From Malacoraja senta (taxonomy: Eukaryota), in assembly GCA_038087875.1 (NCBI GenBank), contig CM075999.1:372001-434000 (forward strand): a stretch of DNA of 62,000 nucleotides. Reading direction: 5' to 3'. The position numbers and the translations under genes were made by a program. Shown in pieces: positions 12,058 to 21,054 of this stretch (its first letter is position 1; each line of letters starts with the position of its first letter). The notes below the pieces were generated by a model that worked only from the letters and a program-made list of their open reading frames with translations, did no database searches and was not told the origin of the DNA.

Positions 12058-13933
12058 ATGGCGACCATGGCAGGACCTCGGTGGTTTGGAATATGTGATT
12101 TGCCAGAGGGGGTGAGAGAACGTAGCAAGATGGAGGAGAGAATCTCCTCTTATCTATTTAAAAAAATCAATCTCACCAAACAATGGGTGATAGCATTGTT
12201 GACCGCACAGCAGCCTGCAGCAGCTGCCGCTCGATGGACGGAAAGCAAAGCGTATAACAAAGGGCAAGAAAAGGCAGTTTGGCTAGCGTGCCTATCACAG
12301 CAGGTAGCAAAAATGCAGAGACAGGTAGATAGACTGGAAGAGCAACTGAGAGAAGCTAGGGCCAGCGCTGAAGAAAGCGCTAGAGAAGGGGAAAGGCTAA
12401 CTGAGGAATGCAGTAAAGCCAGGCAGTGTATCTTGCAGGCGAGGGAGTCCCACAGAAATGCCCAGGAATTCCTCCAATGCCAGGTGGTAGAGGCAAAGGA
12501 GAGGGAACAGAACGCCCAGGAACTCCTGGCTCAGAGTACACAGAAGTGCAGGGAGCTGGAGGGAAAGTTCCAGGATATACAAGCAGCATACAGGGTGGCC
12601 CGTAGCGAGCTAGGCGACAGTAATCACGGATTACGGATATTGCCAAGCGAGGATAGCGCAGCTGGAGGAGACTCTGTCCAAGACTAGGGGACGGGTTCAC
12701 CTGGTAGGACCAAGGGGGTCCCCCGGGGGCAGAGGGCTTCCCTCAGCAGATGATTCTTTAAGGGCCAAGGGGAATAGACCGCCTCCTGAGGCGCCGGGGA
12801 TAGGTCCGGGTCGGCAGGTGGGGTTCGGGTTGTCCGGGGAGGGACAGGCCCAAGGAGGGGCGGGAGAGCACCCTCAGTTAGCGGCTTCCGCGCCATGTGT
12901 AGCACACCACGAGGTGGTGGGGTTACCGATCATGGTGGAAGAGCAGGGGGTAATGGGGCAACAGCCCCGAGTAGGGCAGGCGTGCCCGTTACGGCAAAGG
13001 AAATATGGTCCCCCGGTAGGGCAGGCAGATAGGGGGCCCATAGAGAGTGATATCATCATTCCCCATGGGGCACATGTGCTGAGGGGGATGGTGTCTCAGG
13101 TTCCCAAGTTAACCAGGGCGGGAGACCCGTCATTGCATTTTATGGAGGTGCAGCAGGCAGCCGACATAAACGATTGCGATGAGGTAGAACGGGTAAAGCT
13201 GCTACTGATGACCCTAGATTCACACCTATGCAAGGCGGTGACCTCCAGGGAAGGGGGAAGACCTGAAACATGGGTAGTGGCACAGACAGCGGTTCTGGAG
13301 GCCATGGGGTTGAATCAGGGTAGTCCTTTCACCAGGGTGGGGGAGACGGAGCAGCAGGTAGCTGAGTCCCCGGACATGTTCGCAGACAGGCTGTGGGCAG
13401 TGTATGAGGGAGCGTGTGGGATGCCTTTAGATAGGCAGAATTTAGATGGGAGAACAGCTCACTGGCTGAAGACTCTGGTGGCGAATTGCCTCCCGCGAGT
13501 TAGGGCAAAGGCCGAGCACTGGTTCGACCCAGCTGACCCAAACCTTAACGAGGCGGAGGTGATCAGGAAGCTCACCCTTGCATACCGCAATGGAGAGAGA
13601 AGTGAGGAGAAGCCCTTTAAGGGCAAGGTGCACGAAATAGCACCGGCACCCCCCAAAAGGAGGCAGTGGAAACAGGAAGGCAGCCAGACCTCTTCCGAGA
13701 TGAGGCTGGTGTGCTACGGGTGTGGGAAGCCCGGGCATTACAAGAGGGAGTGCAGAAACCCAAGTAGAGCAGTGGGGGATAGGACCCCGGTAACAGCAGA
13801 CCCAGCCCCGGAGGTAACAATAGATGTAAGAGATCTAATTACCTATTTGCAGTCAAAGGCGGGAGGGTCCGGACAGGTAGCCATGGCAACAGGCCAGGGC
13901 GCACCCGTATCCGCACCCCCGGCCCCTTTATGA
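12058..13933 (+). pseudogene. gag: gag (about 622 aa when repaired), one +1 frameshift at about 12626-12638
   Basis: N-terminal coiled coil, capsid-like middle (EQQVAESPDMFADRLW) and a single zinc knuckle CYGCGKPGHYKREC. Removing 7 nt of ACGGAT-T-ACGGAT joins ORF 12058 to ORF 12818 with no stop. Confidence 0.85.
12059..12076 (+). promoter_or_regulatory. Primer-binding site, tRNA-Arg-like
   Basis: TGGCGACCATGGCAGGAC starts 3 nt after the LTR. As I recall it, vertebrate tRNA-Arg(UCG) ends ..GUCCUGCCGCGGUCGCCA, a 16/18 match. The tRNA identity needs checking. Confidence 0.8.
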
Positions 13934-16900
13934 CCGCCAGCGAAACAGCCCACATTCCTATGCCCATTAGAGTATGGCCCATGTAGGAGACCCTGGGTCA
14001 AGATGGAGGTCCAGGATGTGGTCGGGAGTTACCTGCTGGACACAGGTGCTTCCAGTACTATTGTCCACATGGACAATCCCCGTACATCCCCTCTATCTAG
14101 TGGGGCGCCCTATAGTCTTGTCGGTTTTACGGGAAACGAGAAGACGGGGTTTTTCTCTGTTCCCTTGTCCATTCAATTAGGAGCACTCCAGGCGCAGTGG
14201 AAATGCGTCCTGATGAGTTGGGAGCAGGAGGGAAAGGGGATACTAGGCGCCGACTTTATAGTGGCCCACCAGGTCCTAGTGGACCTGAGGAACCACTGTT
14301 TGTGGGGCATAGCAGGAGAAGGGGCTGAGAGAGAGAAGGAGGTAATGGTCATCGAGAGGGCATCAGAGAGAGGGGCTCTGTGTGTCGTGAAGCCCAGAGA
14401 GGGGTACGATCTAGAGGTCCTAGTGAGGCAGACCCCGACAGAGTATCAAGGCCATGTTAAGCGAAATTTGGCCGCATTCGCTACTCACAAGCACGACTGT
14501 GGAAGGGTCACAGGAACAGAGGTCAGGATAGACGGGGATCCCATGTCCCGACCGCAGAAACAGTATAGTTTTCCCCGAGAAGCGGAGGCTGACTTAGAAG
14601 TCGCCCTGAGTTCACTGGTTAAGCAAGGCGTTTTGAGGCCCATAGCCACCCACGTGAACTCACCGCTCTGGCCTGTACGGAAGCCAGACAATTCCTGGAG
14701 GGCCACGGTAGATTATAGGGTCCTGAATAAGAATATTCCGGCTTGCGCACCAACTGTGGCAGCTGTAGCAGACCTATTAGCGGAAATTCCAGCGTCTGCA
14801 TCTGTATTTACGGTGCTACACATCTCGAACGGTTTCTGGTCTATCCCGGTCAGGAAGGAAGACCAGTACAAATTTGCTTTCACATTCAAGGGGCAGCAGT
14901 ACACGTGGAACTGTCTTCCCCAAGGGTTCCACAATAGCCCCAGCATTTTCCACCAATGTATGGCGGAATGTTTAAAGGAATTTAGTGAGCCCCACAAGAT
15001 CGTCCAGTATGTGGACGATATTTTGCTATTCACGGACACCAGTGAGGAACATGGGTCCCTAGTAAATGAACTGCTGGAGCTGCTCTGTAAGAGCGGTTTA
15101 AAAATAAATCCCAAGAAGGCACAGATAGGGTTACAAGAGGTAAAGTTCTTGGGACTGACCCTTAGGGCCGGAGAAAGGGGTATCGATACAGCAAGAAGGC
15201 AGGCAGTGCAGGAACTCCCAGTCCCAACGGACGTGGGGGCGGTAAGATCATTTCTGGGAGTCACGGGCTACTGCCGAGACTTTATAGAGGACTATGCCGC
15301 GACCGCAACACCTCTGCACCGGCTGCTACGCAAAGGGGTAGAGTGGGAGTGGGATGAGCAGTGCGAGTCGGCATTCGTCCATTTGAAGCGGGACCTGCAG
15401 AAGGCCCCAGCTCTGGGAGCCATTGACTACAGGGAGGAATTTTTCCTGGAGGTAGCCGCAAGCAGCGATGGCCTGAGCGCAGTGCTCCTCCAGGAACGGC
15501 ACGGCAAGTTAAGGCCAGTGGTGTATTCCTCCAGAGTCCTCACAGAGGTAGAAAGGTCCTATTCAAACTGTGAGCGGCACCTGCTAGCCACATACTGGGC
15601 AGTGAAGAAGGTACAGGTCTTCATAAGAATGTCCCCCATAACCCTCCTGACCCACCATACCCCAACCCAGATGTTGCTGGACGGTCGGATTAAGGATGGG
15701 ACCGTTAGCAGTGTGAGGATCACTCGCTGGACCCTTCTCCTTTCCCAAATGGCCTTACGGGTTGAGAGGCTATGTGAGCCCAAGCTCGCTGCCAATTTGG
15801 TGTACCCAGGGGAGCCACACCATTGCTCGGTGGAAGGGGTATGGGAGGTGGACTTTGGGCTTAGAGCAGGGTTACATCCCACGGGTAGGGAAATATACGT
15901 GGACGGGTCCAGTTTCGTGTCCGAGGGCATACGGCTCATGGGCTGTGGGATCTGGGACCCCGAGGCAGAGATAGCCCTAGCTCTTAAACTCCCACATATG
16001 TTAAGCGCCCAGCAGGCCGAGCTGGCGGCGGTAATGTACGTGGTGACCCATCCTGAGCGTTTCCCCACTCCATACACCATATGTTCGGACAGCATGTTCA
16101 CATGCAATTCCTGCACGGAATATCTGGCCATCTGGTCCCGCCGAGGGTACACCTCATCGGACGGGAAGCCCCTGACCACTAAACCCCTATTAGAGAGGAT
16201 TGTAGCAGCCGTAGGGAAGGGCGGGGATAGATATATCCATAAGGTGAAGGCCCATTCCAAAACGGAGCCACGGGGCGAGGGAAATCAGAGAGCGGATTGC
16301 TTGGCCAGGGAAGGAGCCAGGAGTGGGAAAGCATGGGACCCCTATGAGGAAGGACAGGTAGCTGCAGCCAGGGAGCAGCCTCGAGAAAAGGAGAGTGCGG
16401 GAGTGGTTTTGGCCCCGGACCTGACCATGGTCCAGGCACAAGACCCCATTTTAAAGGCTGCTTCAGCAGCCATTTGCAGGCAGGAGAAAATAGAGGGACC
16501 GTATGGGGGTAAAGACATGTCAGTAAAGGAAGGCATGTTATTCAAGGGAGATAAGTGGGTCGTGCCTTCCCTGTGCAGAAGGGAATTTTTAAAACTAGCC
16601 CATGAGGGTCCAGGGGCAGGTCACCCCGGGCCGGAGACCACATGGCAGCGAGTAGAGATGGCAGGATGGTGGCCAGGGCTCAGGGAAGACGTTCGCGACT
16701 TTTGTGCAAGCTGTCTGGTTTGCGCAGCAAACAACCCAGACCCCCAGAAAAGGAAGGTTTCCATGGGACACATCGGGAGGGTGGAGGGGCCATGGCAGTC
16801 GATTCAAATCGACTACATCGGACCCCTTCCAACCGCTCAAGGGGGTTACAAGTACTGCTTAGTCCTTGTGGATGTGTTCTCAAAATGGGTAGAGGCCTTC

Positions 16901-18142
16901 CCTTGCAGAGCAGCCACCGCTATGGGTACGGCAAAAATCCTGGTTAGGGAGGTGTTCACCAGGTGGGGACTCCCACAGTTCGTGGAGTCAGATCAGGGGA
17001 GCCATTTCACAGGACAGGTCATGCAGTCCACCCTTAGAATTCTGGGCATCAAGGCCAAGTGGCATGTGGCCTATCACCCCCAGTCCTCAGGTCCGGTAGA
17101 GCAGTTGAACCGGACAATAAAGGAAAGGATAAGGAAGGAAACAGGGGACTCACCCAACCGGTGGGTGGAGGTTTTACCCCTGGTCCTTATGGGGATTCGG
17201 GCCAGCCAGTCCAGGAGTACGGGGTACTCTCCCCATGAGCTTATGACGGGCCGGGTCATGAGAACGCCTATGCACGTTATGGTCCCAGCCCTAACAGAGG
17301 GACAGCTCAGGGAAGTGAACCGGGACAAGTTTGCCAAGAAACTATTTGAACAACTTAGGCAGGTTCACTGGCAGGCAGCCAGAAACATGGGGGCCCAGCA
17401 CCAAAGAAACAAGCTACTGCTGGAGCCTCGCAGGCATTGCGAGTGGGCAGTGGGAGACCAGGTAATGGTCAGGAGATATGCTAGGGTAGGGGTGTTTGAA
17501 CCCTTGTATGCGGGCCCATACAACATAGTGGACAAAGCCAGTCCCATGGTGTATGCCATTCAGCTTCCCCGTAGAGTCAAATGGTTCCACATCAACCAGT
17601 GTAAATTGTTTGACCCCACAAGGGCAGGGAAAAGTAAGAAAGGGGTATATGTCAGAGAACAGGATCAGGAACAGACCCGGGTTGATGTGGAAACCATAGG
17701 GGAGCCAGGTAGTCAGCCTGAAGTAGCCGGCTGTGTTCCAGGGCAAGGACTGGAAGCAGCGGAGAAGGAGGCTGACTCCAGCCCTCCGCAGGCAGGTACC
17801 GTAGATTGCCTAAGAGAGGCTGAACTAACAGAAGCAGAGGAGATGGAGGTATCACCTCTGGTGTGGGAAGCCCCGGTCAGACGTAGGAGTGACAGGGTCC
17901 CTAAACCCCCAGTAAGGTGGTCCCCATCCCTAATTAAACCTAGGGCTAGGGCCGGCCACAGGAGGGCCGGGAAGGAGAGTGGTCGAAACAGGGCACTACG
18001 GAGTGCGGCTGGAGGGAGCCCAGTCTCCACAGGGAATGTAGGGGTAACTCAAAACCTCGTAGTGCAAAGGGAGGTGAGGGGCAGTCAGGCCCCTCAACCG
18101 GAGGAGTTCTGGCCTGCACGGGTGGGCCCACCAGAGGGGTAG
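13934..18142 (+). CDS. pol: pol polyprotein PR-RT-tether-RNase H-IN; open from the codon after the gag TGA, first ATG at 14003
   Basis: Protease LLDTGA. RT LPQGFHNSP and YVDD, with the first catalytic Asp reading His (VLHISNGFW). Degenerate RNase H FFLEVAAS. Second RNase H YVDGS..QAEL..SDS..AH..GNQRAD. Integrase HHCC, IDYIGP, SDQGSHF, VEQLNRTIK and GPY. Confidence 0.95.
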   Translation, partial: PPAKQPTFLCPLEYGPCRRPWVKMEVQDVVGSYLLDTGASSTIVHMDNPRTSPLSSGAPYSLVGFTGNEKTGFFSVPLSIQLGALQAQWKCVLMSWEQEGKGILGADFIVAHQVLVDLRNHCLWGIAGEGAEREKEVMVIERASERGALCVVKPREGYDLEVLVRQTPTEYQGHVKRNLAAFATHKHDCGRVTGTEVRIDGDPMSRPQKQYSFPREAEADLEVALSSLVKQGVLRPIATHVNSPLWPVRKPDNSWRATVDYRVLNKNIPACAPTVAAVADLLAEIPASASVFTVLHISNGFWSIPVRKEDQYKFAFTFKGQQYTWNCLPQGFHNSPSIFHQCMAECLKEFSEPHKIVQYVDDILLFTDTSEEHGSLVNELLELLCKSGLKINPKKAQIGLQEVKFLGLTLRAGERGIDTARRQAVQELPVPTDVGAVRSFLGVTGYCRDFIEDYAATATPLHRLLRKGVEWEWDEQCESAFVHLKRDLQKAPALGAIDYREEFFLEVAASSDGLSAVLLQERHGKLRPVVYSSRVLTEVERSYSNCERHLLATYWAVKKVQVFIRMSPITLLTHHTPTQMLLDGRIKDGTVSSVRITRWTLLLSQMALRVERLCEPKLAANLVYPGEPHHCSVEGVWEVDFGLRAGLHPTGREIYVDGSSFVSEGIRLMGCGIWDPEAEIALALKLPHMLSAQQAELAAVMYVVTHPERFPTPYTICSDSMFTCNSCTEYLAIWSRRGYTSSDGKPLTTKPLLERIVAAVGKGGDRYIHKVKAHSKTEPRGEGNQRADCLAREGARSGKAWDPYEEGQVAAAREQPREKESAGVVLAPDLTMVQAQDPILKAASAAICRQEKIEGPYGGKDMSVKEGMLFKGDKWVVPSLCRREFLKLAHEGPGAGHPGPETTWQRVEMAGWWPGLREDVRDFCASCLVCAANNPDPQKRKVSMGHIGRVEGPWQSIQIDYIGPLPTAQGGYKYCLVLVDVFSKWVEAFPCRAATAMGTAKILVREVFTRWGLPQFVESDQGSHFTGQVMQSTLRILGIKAKWHVAYHPQSSGPVEQLNRTIKERIRKETGDSPNRWVEVLPLVLMGIRASQSRSTGYSPHELMTGRVMRTPMHVMVPALTEGQLREVNRDKFAKKLFEQLRQVHWQAARNMGAQHQRNKLLLEPRRHCEWAVGDQVMVRRYARVGVFEPLYAGPYNIVDKASPMVYAIQLPRRVKWFHINQCKLFDPTRAGKSKKGVYVREQDQEQTRVDVETIGEPGSQPEVAGCVPGQGLEAAEKEADSSPPQAGTVDCLREAELTEAEEMEVSPLVWEAPVRRRSDRVPKPPVRWSPSLIKPRARAGHRRAGKESGRNRALRSAAGGSPVSTGNVGVTQNLVVQREVRGSQAPQPEEFWPARVGPPEG

Positions 18143-18390
18143 CCCCAGCGTGACGGGGACCAGTTATGAGTTGGCCACCCGGAGACGGGTGGCGTTGTAT
18201 ATAGCATTGGTTTGTGGGTAAGTAGATGTAGTTAGCGTAACTAGAGATAAGGTTTTGTATAGCTACAGGGGAGTACAGGGACAGACAGTACAGGATCGAA
18301 GGGAGGTGCTGTGGTAAAGTGGACCACAACAGACAAATCAAATCCCCAAATGCCATTATTAGGCAGATAGCTTTGTGGAGGCAAGGAGGT

Positions 18391-18409
18391 GTTTCGCTTT
18401 GTTTTCCAG
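18391..18409 (+). promoter_or_regulatory. Putative env splice acceptor
   Basis: The pyrimidine tract gtttcgctttgttttccAG directly abuts the env ATG at 18410. Confidence 0.65.
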
Positions 18410-20767
18410 ATGGGTAGCCCCGCCGTATGGATGATGGCAATGATGTGCCTCCGGATGTGCGTGGCGCGTCGCGGGGACACGGAGGAGTCCATCGTATATG
18501 GGTGCTCAGGGGACAGAGCACCCCTCGTGTCTACTGGGCAAGGAAACCTGGTAGCGGATAGCCAGGCCGGATACTCTCATGAGGGGAGATGGCCTGGATG
18601 GCTGGGGTCGAACTCGACCAGGTTCTCCAGCCACAGGAGCTTCGCCTATGGGGAAGCATCCATACCCTGTGCCGAGATACAGATGGCTACCAACCAGGTT
18701 AGGGTGACTGAGGGCAGGCGGGTGTGTTTAACCTGTAAGGGGGACGTTCCTTTGGGGAGATGGTGGTGGCTCAGGAAGCTGAGCTCGGACATGAGGGATC
18801 GATCCTCGGATTGGGAAAGACTGGACAATGATACCTACCGGACCATCACGGGGTCACCGGGAGGGATCACTGTATGTTGGGACAAATGGTGGGCCTATGA
18901 CCAGGGGCTTTATTTATGTCTATGGGGGTCTGCCAAGGTGTGTCCGGTAGGGGCATCAATCACTTTCGTCAAGTGGTGGCAGAACCCCGGGAACGGGATA
19001 GATTGGGACCGCAGTGGGCAGGCATGTGTGGCCCCCAGGGCTGGGATGACAGTAAAAGCCACCGAATTGCTGGTTCAGGTGAAGAAGCCCCTACCCACAG
19101 CCCAACCGATTGACCCTCACAACTGTCCAACCACCACCAAAGGGCCGGAGAATGGGTTAGCACTTGTCCCAACCAAGAGGGTGCTGTACCAGGGAGTGCA
19201 TTACGCTGTGGCCTCAGTAGTATTAAATTTGACTGAAGTGCGGTTACCTGCATGGTGCCCCCGCGAGACGGAATTATTACATCAGGCCCTGTTAAAAGAC
19301 ATGTTCCAGAAATTCCACAACCTGGATTTTGGGGACATAGACATAGAAGAGATGTACCGCGGGGGAGGGGATTTCAGTTTGGGGTCCGGTAGGCAAAGAC
19401 GAGGGGTGGTTAACGACGGGTTTACAGCATTTAACACGGGGACGTCTATTATTAATAGCATGGACAACGTAGAACTGGCCCTGCAGATCAATCAGTTGAA
19501 GGGCCAGTTACGAAAGGTTCTGGGGGAGGAAAATGCGGTGGTAGGATCGGGACTGCACGAAGAGATGGCAATGACTCTACATCTAAAGGAAATCATAGCA
19601 CAATTGGAGACACATGCAAAAACGATAAACGCTTTGATTAAAGAGGACCGGAATGCGTCCGATCAGGCTGCACAGAATGAGGTGTGTGGGCTGTATGGTG
19701 CGTGGTTGTTGGGGGAGGGGAGGAGCAACCTGGAAGATCTGAGGCAAGGTCGGGTCCCCTCCTGGATAAGCAACCAGCACCTAGCAGCGCTACACCCTTA
19801 TAACAGCACTTTGAGTCCTTGTCAGCTTCGTGTGGCCTCCGAGGCCTACCCGGTACCGGTGGATTGCGGAAAATCCAATCACACCATAATGGGAGTGGTC
19901 GTAAGAATCCCGGTGATGGGAACCTCGGCACGACCAGCTCCTCTGTACCGAGTGGAGAACGTGGGAGTTGTTCGTGGGGGGGTGCATATTCGCTACGGGA
20001 AGGTCCCGCCCTATGTCATAGTGAGGGAGCAAGCTGTGACAGGCATTGACCTTTTGGGTTGTCGGAGCCGGGGAGCACAGTTAATCCTGTGTCCCCAGCA
20101 CATGGGCGCTGAGGTTAGGCCTCAGTGTGGGTTCAGGACTGTTGGGGCACAGCCTATAAACTGCACTATGGAGGCGATGGCGGCAGACCATGTCCCTCCA
20201 CAGGTGGCGTATATAGGCAGTGGGAGGTACTGTGTCACCACAAGTGCCCAGCGGTATCAGCACGGATCACAGATGTGGTGTCCGATACCGCACAGCAGCT
20301 TCTGCTTTAAACCCAGGGCAGAAGTCCATGTAGCACAGCAGCGAATATTACCCATCCCGGAACCTTCTTCGGTTCACCTCTCGGTACGAGAAAATGTAAC
20401 CGACTTATTTAACTATGTTGCCCATTTTGGGTATGATATTCCCCCAGTGAATGAAAAGTTAAAAGAGTTGCTGGTGGCGGTCGAGTTGTCGCACAAACAC
20501 TTCTTCTCCCTGGAACAAAAGACTCTGGATATCGCCAGGGAGATCGAAGGGATCCAGTCTCCAAGTTGGTGGGACCTGGAGTCCTGGATCATAGTTCCAG
20601 CATGGGTCCGCATCGTGTCCCATGTTCTGATCATCTGCCAGATGATAATTGTGCTGTATTTGCTATGCATTAATTGCAAATTTAAAAGGCGGAGGAGGAT
20701 GGCCAAATTACAACAGCTGGTAAATCGAGCCGCCCGACATCACCGTAATGACACCCCATCACTGTAA
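18410..20767 (+). CDS. env: Envelope glycoprotein, 785 aa: signal peptide, Ig-like domain, class I (paramyxo/pneumovirus F-like) fusion ectodomain, TM
   Basis: Hydrophobic N-terminus; RQRR furin site (19391-19402) then GVVNDGFTAFNTGTSIINS; long heptad repeat; Cys-rich block; second heptad; SWWDL; TM IVSHVLIICQMIIVLYLLCI; basic tail KRRRR. The ORF is intact. Confidence 0.9.
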   Translation: MGSPAVWMMAMMCLRMCVARRGDTEESIVYGCSGDRAPLVSTGQGNLVADSQAGYSHEGRWPGWLGSNSTRFSSHRSFAYGEASIPCAEIQMATNQVRVTEGRRVCLTCKGDVPLGRWWWLRKLSSDMRDRSSDWERLDNDTYRTITGSPGGITVCWDKWWAYDQGLYLCLWGSAKVCPVGASITFVKWWQNPGNGIDWDRSGQACVAPRAGMTVKATELLVQVKKPLPTAQPIDPHNCPTTTKGPENGLALVPTKRVLYQGVHYAVASVVLNLTEVRLPAWCPRETELLHQALLKDMFQKFHNLDFGDIDIEEMYRGGGDFSLGSGRQRRGVVNDGFTAFNTGTSIINSMDNVELALQINQLKGQLRKVLGEENAVVGSGLHEEMAMTLHLKEIIAQLETHAKTINALIKEDRNASDQAAQNEVCGLYGAWLLGEGRSNLEDLRQGRVPSWISNQHLAALHPYNSTLSPCQLRVASEAYPVPVDCGKSNHTIMGVVVRIPVMGTSARPAPLYRVENVGVVRGGVHIRYGKVPPYVIVREQAVTGIDLLGCRSRGAQLILCPQHMGAEVRPQCGFRTVGAQPINCTMEAMAADHVPPQVAYIGSGRYCVTTSAQRYQHGSQMWCPIPHSSFCFKPRAEVHVAQQRILPIPEPSSVHLSVRENVTDLFNYVAHFGYDIPPVNEKLKELLVAVELSHKHFFSLEQKTLDIAREIEGIQSPSWWDLESWIIVPAWVRIVSHVLIICQMIIVLYLLCINCKFKRRRRMAKLQQLVNRAARHHRNDTPSL

Positions 20768-21054
20768 AAATGTCCGTACTCTAGTGCAATAGTTTTTGTA
20801 CATATGTTGTAATCCCTGCATTTTCAGGGAATGGTCGTGAGGGTACTGTATGGTTTGTGGGATTGATGTAAAGTAAAAGGTGTATAGTGTAAGTTAATGT
20901 GCTTCGAGGGCCTAGTTTAGCGATTAAGGGGGCTTTCGGGGTACATAATTTCACCTTCTCACCAGGAGTGTTTACAGCTCTTGAGGCTGGAGGATTGCCC
21001 ACTAACTTTGTCAAACGACACGGTCCGTGCAAGCCTGGACGTATCGTAGGGGCA

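Noticed and set aside
14485..20706. Antisense ORFs up to 233 aa under pol and env
   Set aside because: Expected shadows of long coding frames; no domain signal.
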